A stretch of 64,000 nucleotides of DNA from Laetmonice hystrix (Eukaryota), in NCBI GenBank assembly GCA_965235115.1, contig OZ249447.1, positions 5,828,001 to 5,892,000 on the forward strand. Reading direction: 5' to 3'. The position numbers were made by a program, and so were the translations under genes. Each line of letters opens with the position of its first letter. Positions within the stretch are counted from its first letter, which is position 1. Positions 26,801 through 40,200 of this stretch are shown here, in pieces. The notes under the pieces are model-generated. The model was not told where the DNA came from. It searched no databases and worked only from the letters and a program-made list of their open reading frames with translations.

Positions 26801-29800
26801 TTTGTTGTTTCCTTCTTCAGATGTCACCACGTATGAAAGGCTCATCCTGTTAATTACTAATTTGACATGTACCAGCCTGAAAAGAGATTTGAGGAGTTTT
26901 CAATGGATACGAATGCAAGTATCTTAATGAGCAAAGGGAGAATTTCTCAAGCAAAAACTGAATCTCCACGCTTGCAAAATAATTCATAATTAATTAATAT
27001 TGTCAACTGGACAAAAAATATCTAGGTTGTGTTCTGGTACATGTTGCCTGGACGTTCTTGGAGAGTAAAACTGGATAAGTCATAGAGCAAATCTGAATGC
27101 CACCCTAAGCTGGTTTGTGGGTGATTTCTGGACGTGCCACCTGGTGGTGGATGCTAGCGCCCTGGGAGAGTGATGAGTAGATCGACATCGGCGGTGGGTG
27201 TAGTAAATCAACATGTACCAAAATGAATGTGAGGAAGATGGGGCAAAAAATCCCACCCGCCCTACTCTCAGATCCTCCTTATGCATGCGGAAAATGGAGG
27301 AGTTACATTGGCAAAGAATTCAGGTTAGTGTGACCCTTACCTTGGTTGCTAACAGCCGGGCTTCAGTAACCATAGTTACCATTCCCATGGTAACAACTAA
27401 TGCTGGTGCATTTTCTAACAGTCACTTCGAAGCTTTGTGAAGAATGGAAGCACTTTGGTGAAAATGAACACTGAATTTGACTGGTTTGCACCTGTCAAAG
27501 CTTCTATTTTACAACTAACAAAAATGAACACAATTTATTTTTTTTAAATACACTAGCAGCTTTGCTTAATCTTGTAGTCTCTTACTATTCGACCTAATAA
27601 GCATACAGTATGCTTAAAAAATTGTGGGGTGTGAGTGTGGTTCATTCTAATAAGAGTACACCTATGTTTACTTCTCAAAACAGTACGGAAACAGACACCT
27701 GGCTAGCCTAGGCTAAACCTAATGAGAAAGATATAGCTGCAGCCTGTGTAGGACCAACACTACAACTGTTGACGGAACAAACTACATCAAGGTGTCCTTC
27801 TAATAATAAGTAATAAATTATAAGTACCAGTAACTCTCACAATGATCATGATTCGTATGTTGTCTGGACATGTTCTTTAGGGATTAATCTCTGACCATGA
27901 AATGATGATATACAGGTCTACACTAAACAATGAACCTCGGTCCCATCTGTATGGCGACATCTGGTGATGAGAGTGAGACACGAAAAAAATGGAGGTGTAC
28001 GTTTATTAGGGCATGTATGGTTATTAGGTCGAATACGGTAACTAAAAGAACCTCATTTAAAACGAGCAAGTAAAAATGAAAATATGAAGTTTTTTACAAG
28101 GATTAAAGGTGAGAGAAAACTTTGTCATATGTAAGTATAAGTACATTCAAAATTAATAAAATAGTCTCCGTAATCAAAGAAAAATGCATGATAGATTAAG
28201 CCAGACATGTGCCTACATTCAAGTGAGAGCTACATCTATTAACTATTAATTCTATTTATTTAACATATCTACCTACGTATCGGTAGTAGCAACAATATGG
28301 ATTTCGTGTCAGTTTCTGTATATTTTCTGAAGAAAGTTAGTTCTTGTTCTTGTTAAATTTGGTTTGTTTTGAAATATTGACCTCTCAGAATTTGGAATTA
28401 CATAAATGGGTGAATGTTAGCAATGGAACTAGCCATTCAAGCAAGCGTCAGCCTGTTACATTTTTCATCATAGTGGGATTTTGGTGGGCAAGCTGATCTG
28501 GTAAAACATGCGGTTTTTCTGATGAGGGAATAAATTAAATGGGATTTGTTATACTATGGTGGTCAGATAAGGATGCAAACTGGTAATGGTCTATGCATGA
28601 GAAAAGGACTCTTGCAGTTGCACCTATCACCTAGCAGTCACTGTCTTTGAAGGTATATACATGTGTTTGTACACGGAATAAAATTTAAGGTGGGTAAAAC
28701 TTTGGGGAAGTTTGAACAAATTTGAATGTGGAAATCATGTACATCTTACTGTGACAGCATCCCCCGTAACGACATAAAAACCCGAGATCTGATGCTGGAT
28801 CGAAAACTTATTGTTGACAAAAAGTAACTTACATTTGGAAATTTTTCTAAACGTTAGTCTATATAATAGGTGGGAAAATAGCTTACAGGTCCAGGAAAGG
28901 TCTGGGTGGTTTCTAGGTGAATACAGTGACTGCAGGCACTAGTTGTGAAGCATTCTTAGAATTAATACATCGTACTCATTTTCTGCAAATCATTCTATTA
29001 AATTAAAAGAATCTAGGATGGATTTCTGATTCTAGGGCAAAGTAAAAGTATAAGTCCTTAGATGATAAATGTGTAATGTTCATAGAGCATTAAGGCATAC
29101 TTGGAACTTTCAACAGCAAATATTAATTTATATATATATATATATGTTAAAAATCATCTTTCAGCAGCCTTTCCTGTAAATGACCAACCCGGGAAGCTGA
29201 AGGGGGCTAAACCCCAATGGTACCTGGAGGGAAAGGTGTGTGTGTGTGGGGGGGGGGGGGGGGGGGTGGACCAAGAAGGTCAATACAGCTTAGGTATCGG
29301 GGGTGTTCTCTGTTTATGTCAAGTCAGCTAAAGCAGACACCTTAGAGTTGTATACACAACCTTGATCGTAAAGAGGGAAAGAACATCTTTTAATAACTCT
29401 GGAAATAAACAATCTTCAAGTGGAACTAAAGTAACTTGTTTTATAGTGCATGGAGTTCTGGATTCTGGTGCTTTGGTAAGAAATCACTTTGAGTAAGGTT
29501 GCTATGAAAACTGTATCGCCAGATGTGTAATTTTTTATACATCAGTTTTCACAGTCAGAACAATGCTTTCCTGTGTTTGATACCGGTAATGCTTAGGCTT
29601 CTAGCGAATTCTGGTGAGAGCAGTGACGTGTCACTGAACTATGATGTGTCCTAACTCTGTTTCCATGGTGATTGGTCACTTTTGTGATGACAAGATGTCC
29701 ACACCATCGCGGTATTACCAGAGATATGGCTCTGCAAAAATGAAAGAAAGAAACTTGAAGAGTGATTGTAAGTTTGTAGCTTGTATGCAGACGACACATC

Positions 29801-31225
29801 AGTCAAAAACAGATGCCATAAAAATAAGTAAGGAAAGTGTGAACATGATGTGTATGTTTTAGCAAAGGTTACGAGTCTGGTTGATCATTATTATCAGTTG
29901 AAGAAAACATGAAAAGTGTAACGATTTTCATTGAGTTTCATTGTTGAGATCGAGGCAACTGGTTCCAGGTCAGGATTCTACAGCACTTTAGTCTTGTTTC
30001 ACTTTCATTGGAGATCGAACCAGTGGGCTTAGGGGCACACCACAATAGAAGTTACAGACATCCCAACGCTGAAGGATGATGGCCTATTAATGATATTTTA
30101 GCACCCCTACCTGGGGGCATCCCTAATTCATATTTTTAAGGATGTGCCCGGAAAAGATTTGCACAAGATCCAAAATATTATCTTCAACTTGAGAAGGAAC
30201 CAAATTATTTTTCTCAAAGAAATTGGAGCCAGGGAATTTATTTTTATATTCTTCCTTCCTCTATAGTGGTTAGCGCGTCAGGAAGAAATGAACAAGAGAT
30301 GACATGAGAACCTATCACGTGGCCACATCCCGGTTATTTTCATTTAGAATGGGATGATTACGAAAATATATTTGCCGAAGAGATATTATTGTGATCTTTC
30401 TTATTGGTTGCTATATAAGTAGTAAGTCTCTTGAAAGAGTAGACTTGAATGACATTTCTGATAAAGATATCATCTATTCAGAAAATATCTTTTATATATA
30501 TTCCTTATGAAATGATTGTTTACATTTTTTATCACCAGTAGATGTTTGAAATGAGGTTATTGTCTTGAGATTTTTGTTTAAGTTGCCGATTGATTGCAAG
30601 TAGCACTATATTAATGTTGTTATGCTCTCGGGTGTACATAATGTAAGATAACGAAAGCATGGAGTGATTAATGCTCTCCAGGCTCCAAGTCTGCAGTCTA
30701 CAAGCAGCACAGTTAGTACGTTCGGTGCACCAACCATGCTGGGTGCCTGGTTCTGTCTTTTTAGGTCCATTGTTTTAATGGCACAAGTCCAGGCCCGAAC
30801 AATTAACAATTGGCTGGCCAGCTTCTCTGTTTATCAATGTTTAGTTAGCAGTGTAGAAAATGGCGTCGGTGTTAGCGAAGTCTTGTGTCTGTGTCATTTT
30901 TTCGAAGTAACCTTTCTTCAGACAATTTAAATGCAAAACCACAATAGAAAAAGTGCAAGGAAGTGTTTTGATTTGTTTTAGTTTGCCTGAGTAATGGGTT
31001 TGTTGGTGTTGGGGTTTGGGGGAGAATATAACAACTTTGTATTGGCTGAGAATGGTGGATTAGCGAGCTCAAAAGTTGTAGACTTCAAAGTAATTGACAA
31101 TCGACCTTCCGGAACGACTGCTACCAGCAGATGTCCAGGCCAAGGAGTGGGAGCTTTCTCAAAGACTTTGTGCCTAGTTTTATACCAGGCAAGGAGAGCT
31201 TCATCCTTGCGGCGGCTGCTGCTGC

Positions 31226-31257
<32 letters not shown>

Positions 31258-34200
31258 CTGCATCACCTTCAGAAGGATTAGAAAAATAAGCTGACTTTTT
31301 TTCTCCTTTTTTTGCTGAGGCTGACAGGATCGGTTTGAAGGTTGTAACAACCTTTGATCTTTGATAGCCTGATCACCATCTGAGGCATCCTATTAATACG
31401 ACAACCAGTGCATTCGTCTCAGGGGTGTTTCATTAACAAAGGTGAATCGGACAATAAACAACTTAAGCTGAGTCAAGCATGTCAAGTCTTGCCAAGAATT
31501 TGGTAAGATAGGCCAAGAGATTGTACACTAGCCAAAACTTACTTGGCTGCCAGCCTGATGTGTTGCACAGCATATAACATCCGAAGAACTAAATCATAAT
31601 TTGAATAGAGGTTTGGAGGGAGACTTTCTTCATGGGGCTGCCATTAAAAAAATTTATATTTTTGCAGAAAAAATCAAAATGCATACTTTGATTCATCAAC
31701 ACAAGGTCACCTCGTAGTTGCTTGGGGGCTTAGAAGCAGTCTTGTCCTAATGTAACACTAACAAAACGTTTAGTAGATCATAGCAGATCATATTCCATTC
31801 TGTCAGATGTGTTTGTAGGGTAGCATTCATATCACATATCTTTCAATATAACAGTCATTTGGTTTGCAGTGGATGGAAGTATGATTGAGGAGTGTTTGGG
31901 CAGGGCAAAACTTGTGTACTGTAAAGGGGCCATGGTCATCTCCAAAGAAACTTGTAAATATTGTATGATAACTAACCGTGTTAACTGTGATCGGGAATTT
32001 ATGATCTGGTTTTTATCATTATCTGACAGTCTCTGTCTCATCTTAGCGCTTGGACAATGGTAAGGCGTACCATTGTGCAGGTTGTATCGTCGGCCCAGTT
32101 CTCAAAAACTTGAGATGTTACTTAAGCTTAAAATTAGAACTTTTCATTAGCAGGTCTGCTTAGACCAGACAAACAGTAGTGTTAATCTGAAGTTTAAACA
32201 AGATGTTAAGTTTTTAAGAACTGATCGCTGCAGTGCTGTACGAATGCTGAGCATGATACCTAGAGTTGTAAATCAATCGGTAGACAACATTTGACGAACG
32301 TCAGCCCTCCCAGTGAAACCTTTATAAACATTTTTTTTTCTCCAACCACTGGGAGGGCTTGAACGTTAAATTCTAATTCTATTTTTTTATGATTACAGAA
32401 TAGAATGTTCAGTATATATATATAGCTTTTTGCACTCTCTTTAACAGAGCAGAAATCTCAAAACTTATTTTTAGAGTGATGTTTTTGCTAATGCGAAGTA
32501 AGTTCATCGCCAGGGATGTAACTATGCATAGCAGCCTTTCCCTGGGTAAGGTATGTAAAGAACAAAGAGGTTAGAAAGGAGGAAGTATAATAGAGCATGA
32601 CCTTCCCTTGCACGGTGTAAGAAAACAAGTAGCACGATCAGTGAATGGGGCACGGACAGTTTGACCTTTATTCATAAGAACTGTGTTACCATTAGGAAAC
32701 TATGGATCAGTGATTTCTCAAGGAAGAAAGTGGTGTATATTTATTGACTGAGATAGAATTTTAACTTTAAAAAAAAAGAGTATTTAAAACAGAAATTGAT
32801 GTCTACTGATAGGAAGAGAAATGTGCTACATATGCATAGAATACACTTTGGTGTTATTGTTAAGAACATTTAGTAGAATATCTTTAAAAAAAAATGTAAA
32901 TGGATGATGTTCGTTTGAAGACAATACCAGTTCTAAAAAGAATTGGCATTGATAATTAGTTTTCTTATTCATCTATTTTTATCTTTTTTTTTTTTTTTTT
33001 TTGGTGTGTATAAAATTGCCCCCCCCCCCCCTTACCTTCACAGAGTGAGCAGAAACAGTTCATCTATCACTGGCTCAAGCTCAAGCTCACGCTCAAGCTC
33101 AAGCTCACATAGGGTTTGTTTGAGGTGAACCCATGTATTGACGGAAGTGATGTGCCTTTTTCAGATCAAGAACATCCAGAATGTGATCCGGCTGACGAAG
33201 GAGAACCTCGAGGCCCTCAATGCCGAGTTTGGCACCCACCAACACCCTCCCTCCATGTACCTGCAGGTAAGTTGAGCATAGGTTGAGCACATAGGGCAGG
33301 GAGAAAAGTAAGGGCAGATCCCCAAAGTTCAGGTTGAAGAGTCGGTGTAAAAGTGACAGGACTGGATGAAGCTGCCTTGCAGATTGTAAGGGTGGCCGCG
33401 GCATCATACAGTGACATACGTATGGTTTATTACTGGGCTGAAAACGGCCAAGGACTTTCAATTTTATTCCTCCATACCTATCTTTTCATTTAAGGCAATT
33501 TAAGGGAAAGCAATTATTTTTGGTATTTTTTCCTATTTCTTTTAACTAAATTTTAAAAAGAATTGAAGGAGGTATTAGGACTGTTGCGAGGGGGGGGGGG
33601 CGGTATGGAGATTGGGCTTCAGGTACTCTTTAACATGCCACACAGAGCTAGAGTAGCTGCTGTTTAAATAGACCGAGAGAAACATAAAGTATATTGATAT
33701 GGTCGTCTCCGTGAAAACGGTGGCTGCCGCCCGCGTTGGTCGTGATATGGTGTGTGACAGGTCAGAGTCAGCGAACCATGGCTATCCTTGCCTGACACTG
33801 ACTGACGGCCTGCCCGTCCACCTGGTGAGAGCCAGGGAGCACCATGATTCATCATCTCACAGCTAGGTGGAGTCAGCGTCGCTGTGCTGGGGAAGGCCCC
33901 GGGTGGGCGGGATATTTACAGAAAGGTGAGGGGAGGAGGCTGGCATGCCATTTTGATGATATCAGAGAGGAACAATTCCAGGGGATCTTTTCACTTAGGG
34001 TTTAATTGATAATTGAAGAAAAGTTATGATAAGTGGTCTTTGAACTGCATTCAGTAAATTCATCAGGTATGATGTGTTTTAAATCAGGGGAGAATGTGTT
34101 TCTAAGGTTACTGGTACTATTATAAGTTTCCACAGGCAATGCAGTTATTTGAATCATGATACACTACACAAAATGTACAGAACCAAATAAGGCACAGTCA

Positions 34201-37200
34201 TAATGCATTTCGCTTTGGTGCCGTTCTGATAAGCGCCAAATAGCAGAGCAAAGTGAAGTGAACTGTATTCTAGAATTTGTGTAAAGGATACAAATTCTAG
34301 AATTTGGTTCAGACGTGCATTTTTGCACATTCAGTGCGCTTTGATGCACGTTGGTTGTGTAGTGTGTGAATGGTGTGAATCCTCAGCTGTACTGTGAAAG
34401 TGGCATTCTTTAAGGGAATTGAAAAGGGAAGACGTTCAAAAAATATTCCCAACCACAAGGTTTTGAGTCTTCAGGACAAAGAATTTTTTAAGGTGGGCCT
34501 GAGGTAGTAGTTTGACATGGCTAATCAGTGTTTGACTGGCTACATTTTGTTGTAAGTGGCATGGTTACACAGGTCAGGTCACGGCAGGGTCTCACCAGCT
34601 GGTCTGTGGTCGGCCCCAGGCCTGTTATACCTAGGTTGATATTTGTACACTGGTAAGGCCAGTAGTTGATACAGAGGTTGGCCTGCAGCTGCCACCACAT
34701 CTCCGTCTATTTACATGTATTTACACACCGTATTTAGGTATTGACGTATTCATACTGGTGACATACGCAGCAATAAGTTGGTGGGGGCGGTCGCCAAGTC
34801 GCCATAACATTGCAGCACTTTCATTTTTCTTCTGTTACACTCCAGCAGAGTGTAATCGCTTGCTGTGTATTGAAATGTCAGACGATGGACTGGCCACTAT
34901 CTGCCTGACTGCTGACCACCAAACTACACACGACGTGTTCTGCCAAACAAGGTTTTTTTGAAACCACCGCGTTACCGCAGTGAGCTCAGCACATGCTGAA
35001 CCTGAAGTCATGATTATATCAGACTGACATAGTGAAGTTTTTCTGTAGTAATCGCCTGTCAGCAGCTTGGTGACAGCTTGACAGCAAGTGTCCCTCTGAC
35101 GTCCTGCGTTTAGCATTGCTTCAGGAGGAGGCTAATTTAAGTAGTGTCACCGGATGGCATGGTATCAAAGAGGACATCTGATGGTCTGTCTGTACTACTC
35201 GCTGCTGTGACTGGGCCCACCTAGGATGTGCAGCCTCTGTTGTGGTTTGATGGTCTGGCTGTACTACTCGATGCTGTGACTGGGCCCACCTAGGATGTGC
35301 AGCCTCTGTTGTGGTTTGATGGTCTGGCTGTACTACTCGATGCTGTGACTCGGCCCACCTAGGATGTGCAGCCTCTGTTGTGGTTTGATGGTCTGTTCGT
35401 ACTACTGGCTGCTGTGACTGGGCCCACCTAGGATGTGCAGCCTCTGTTGTGGTTTGATGGTCCGGCTGTACTACACGATGCTGTGACTGGGCCCACCTAG
35501 GATGTGCAGCCTATGTTGTGGTTTAAAGATGACTAAAGGGACAAAGAAGGTAAGAAGGGGCTTTCATGTAGTAGATTCTTTGAACTCCAGGAAAGTTGTA
35601 GAAAATTAGAAATCCGTTTCCAGGACTGGAAAGTCCTGGAAAAGCAGTCAAACTAGAAGGAACTCATGAAAAAATCATTTATAACAAGATTCCGTTGGAG
35701 TCACAGCTCCCAAGTGGGTAGGGACTAATTATCTGTGGGTCCAGGAACTATGCGTACTTTGTATTTTTGAGATACAGTCCATGTGAGAACATCCGTGATA
35801 CATGAGTCACAAAGAAACTTCGCATATAATGTCTTCATCCATCATTTGTATTAAGTGGTTATCTTGAAGTGTTTTCGAGATATGAATTGTCGCAAATGCT
35901 GAGGCATTGGCAGAGACGGGTCATGGTCCATTGGCTTCTATCGTCCAGGGCCTATTATAAATGTACCTCGGTGTTTTCCCTCTGAAATACGTCACCTGCA
36001 TAACCTCTATAACATCTTTATAGGTAAAAGAGCAAAGCAAGATTTTTGTTATTATAAAGTTGGCTTACTAAACCATTAATTGGAACAATCAAAGTTAGGC
36101 ATACATTGTCTGACTCATTGCTGTTTACTGATGGTGCGTTCTGATAACTTCATTTTGGAACATTTAACCTTTTTGAGACAGGCCCCTTGCAGCCAAGACG
36201 GACTAGTGACGCCATAACAATTGAGCACACTATCCATAAGGACCAGCCATTCTGGCACGCAACGTGTAATAACGAATTGCCTCCCATCCTCCCAATCACT
36301 GTCATCTCCAGAAAAATTATCCATGTTTTAGACAGAAGTAGGCATTTAGTTAGCCTAGTGTTAGCTAGCCTAACTCTGACGTTACGTCACGGCGTGGCAC
36401 TGTCGCCCTATACACAATGAGCTCTGATGCAAGTCAGAAGCCTCCTCCCGGGAAAACCTCAGGGCATCATCCGGCCCCCACCCGTAAATGCATAAAGGCA
36501 TCGCCCGTCCTTAATTGGTTAATTCGGAAAACATTGTTTAAATATATAAATTTCATTACTCATACTGGCGTTGTTGAAGTCCAATATTTGGCCCTATCAT
36601 CCTAACAAATGAAATGGATTCTAAAGTCTCATGCCAACATGCATGTACCAGTACTTTTAAAGTCACGTCTCCTCTCCCCCCACCCCCCCTCCTGCCAGGA
36701 ACAAGAATTGCCACATTTCTTTGTACTCGTTTAAGCTTGACTGAAGGCATTGGTTGAAACTTTGACCTGCAAGGTGATGCGGTCACGTTGTGCGTGGATC
36801 CTGCCAGGTCAATGTTAATTACGCAGAGGGTGGTGATTGCCAGACATACCCAGGCCAAAGTTAGCCAAGTGCCTGGACGGAGATCCAGTGTTAGCCACTC
36901 AGTATTATACATACACTAGGGAGGGAATATGGACATTCTCCCAGGAGTGTGCAGGTGCCATGCCAACCTGCGAAACCGGCAGCTGTCCCTGCCTGTTGCC
37001 ATGGCAACACGACAGTGGGGACCCTGGATGGCTGAGTGTGTACTTGAATGTGGCAACGCGGAAGATTATCATACTAGTACATATGAGTGATGTTCGAAGT
37101 CGGGTACGCAGTTCCAATACTGAGACGTGCTACATTTTGTACATGTACAGTTTCCTCTACTTGAATTGATTTAAAACCAGAACAACTCAGTTCTAGCGTT

Positions 37201-40200
37201 CACAAGAGGGGTCTTGTTGAGTTCTAGCGTGGAGTTTCACCACTAAATAAATCCCCCCCCCCCCAATCTGTTTACTTTGAAATCCGAAAAATTAGTTAGC
37301 TTAGTTAGCAATGAATTAGCCTAATCAGTATTTAATTAGGCAAAATTCAACCCAGTTAGCCAAAATATGTCTTTTCTGAAAGAGATCTCAATGTACAATT
37401 CGCCTAAACTATTGCCATTTCCAAAAGTTCTTCACTTATATAAGAAAATCGCTTGAGTATCCCACCACGGAGATGTGAGCTCATACTGGCCAAGCTATTC
37501 TCAGATTGTGGCTGTTCAAACTACTTCTAGCATGTTGATAATCTCATAAAAGGCAGTTGACATTTTGACACCAGCAGGGTGCAGCTTTCTCTCAGTTGGT
37601 GTGATTGCCGCTATGGTTCAGGTACCAAAGTCAAGGCATTATGAACTGTTTACAGGTAGTCTGAGGATTGTGTTTTCTTTGTTTTCACCCTCTATTATTA
37701 GAACTACGTTAGGTAACAGGTGTTTCTATAGGGACATGTACAGTAGCAACCCGCTCAGGGCCACCGTTGGAACTGAGCCTTTTTTGGTCGCACAGCGAGG
37801 TGGTCGCCTACACGAGTGGTAGTGGTGTAGCCTTGCCCCCCCCCCCCCCTACCACCCAACCAAACTTACCCCAGGAAATATTGAACTTTTATTATACAAA
37901 CACCAATGGGCAATGCCACTGGTGTCGCCTCCCCCCCTCAGATAATCTGTTATATGGGGTATACACGTTGTATTTATGGGTGAAAAGCTGGCCAGACAGA
38001 TGAGTGTGAAAAGAAAGGTTAATGGTGTACTGTATGTGCCACTGTTTGCTCAAACGGGGGCTTGTAACACCTTCAGAACCGGTCGGCCGCTAGCCAATGT
38101 GCTGTTGTTGTTTCAACTTGATTGACAGGTCACACGTTGAGAGCCCACCCATGGGTGGCTGGAGTGACGGGTTGGAAGGCCATTTAGGACACTGTCGGAT
38201 GGTCATATAGTGCCCGCTATTGTGGGGTTTTTACAAACATTAAATAGAGGGAAAAAAATTCGGGACTGAGCCAAACTGGCCGTAATTAAGGGTTGACCGC
38301 TATACTGAGGTGGCCGTTAAGTGGGTTGCCACTGTATATGTCCCATCATAATGCCTAACATAAAGTAACAGTTGTTGTACTCTTCGTGTAGCGCTGCACA
38401 AGCCCCATGAATAACTACACCAGTGCCAGGGTTATGGAATTTGACAAAAAGATTTTAGGCCTTATCATAGTTGTGAAGAAAAAATAAAAATATATTTATT
38501 TAAATGCCACCTGTACCAGTTAGTAGATTTAGTGGGGTTTTTTTTGTGTAATGGTATTATAAATTTGACTGGAGACCTGTTCGTTGTGAAATTAATACAT
38601 GTAGGTAGTGTGTGTTCGTGGCCTGATATTGTACGTTCTTATTTCTCCAGGAATATGAATGGCTCACGAATAAAATCCACGAACTACAGCTCAAGGAGCA
38701 GGACCTATTGGAACAGCTTAGCAATGAACGCAACTCGCCGATACCCTCGCCCATCCCAACACCCACCCAGACCACGCCACAGCTCACGCCAAACTCCTCC
38801 GCCTCCAACCTGCAGTCTATGGCGGCGAGCACAGCAGCGGCCCCTGCCCCGCCACTCCACGACACGGCACCCCAGGGCTCGCCCCTCAGTGCGCCCAAGT
38901 CCCCGATGCGTACAACAGGGAACATGGTGAAGGCGTATTTACCGAACCAACAAAAGACAGTGGTAAGTTGTTGTTTTGTGACACAGGTCCTCGTCTTCCT
39001 GTACTTTGCCCACTTTACTCCATCCTTCCTCCTGTTCTTCCTCCATCGTCTATACTGATTTTGAAGGTTGTGGTTAATAAAGCATTAGTGACCAATATAA
39101 TGGAACCACTGCCCACACATTGTCCTGCCCAGATCAACAAAGGGACACCGATTTTGGTCATTGTAATTTAGATCAAAACAGTATTAACGTTCTTGAAGTT
39201 TCTTTAAAGTAGACAGGCTTAGTGTCAAAGCAGATTGTCTTAAAAGAAATCGGCTTGTAGCCCATCATTTTATCCTGTGAAGGCATATATCTCCTTCCTC
39301 AGTAATGGAATTTGTGAGGTCTAGCCCCTGATTAGTCCAGTGAAAGGTATTATGGCTATCTATTGTGTCTAAGAGCAGGCCGACCTGTAGAGACACATGT
39401 TATCCATTGTTTCCTAACTGATGAAGGAACCCCCATCACAACAGCCAGTATGCTGGTTCCAGTCCTGTACCTGAGAGATTTAGCTGTATCATAACGTTAT
39501 GGGGACACTACCTATGCAGACTCTTTGATGTACCTGTAGACAAAAGGGATTAACTCATTGACCCCTGTCGCTGGAGAGGAAGCTGAGAAAGCTGACCACG
39601 AGCCTGGGTGCTTACACCCTAACGTTAAAGCTCTCCTTGGACCAGGGTCCACGTGGCTTGGACTTCAAGAATAGGGGAATGTTTATCACAGCACTATCTC
39701 GTCTGTGATAGTCGGTGAGGCATGGTCAGAGGACAGTGGTCAGCTGCCATCCTCAGGTATTAGACCCCAGTGTCACCTCAAGTGATGACCAGTAAGTGAC
39801 CATTTAGTGGGAGTGTTGGCAGGACCTTTGTGACAGCAGCAGAACCAAGGGCACCCGGAAGGTCCTGTAATATTGCCGCTGCTCTGGGCGGAGAGGGAGT
39901 CATTGTAGGCGAGGTGTTCAGCTGAGTCATCCGTGACTGACCCAAGCATCATGCAGGACACGTCCTCCCCCAGCTGGAGTCTTTCAGAACCTATAGAGAT
40001 TCCATACGAACTGGATTTTGATTATTCCTTCAAGAAGAAATGGAGAGACTATTACCAGCAATGGAAAGACAATACAGAATCCAACGATTCAGTGTTCTAT
40101 GACGAGGAGATGTTGCCAAAAGGTAGCTTGATGAACTGGGAGAGTTTGAGTTGTGAACCATTCCCGCTGACAGCCACGGGGCTGGTTCAATGCAGAGGTA

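Noticed and set aside
36115-36610. Transposase fragment ([14 protein letters not shown]... ORF and adjacent CpG-rich DNA)
   Set aside because: I could not identify catalytic motifs or matching termini; it needs a Dfam/BLASTx search.
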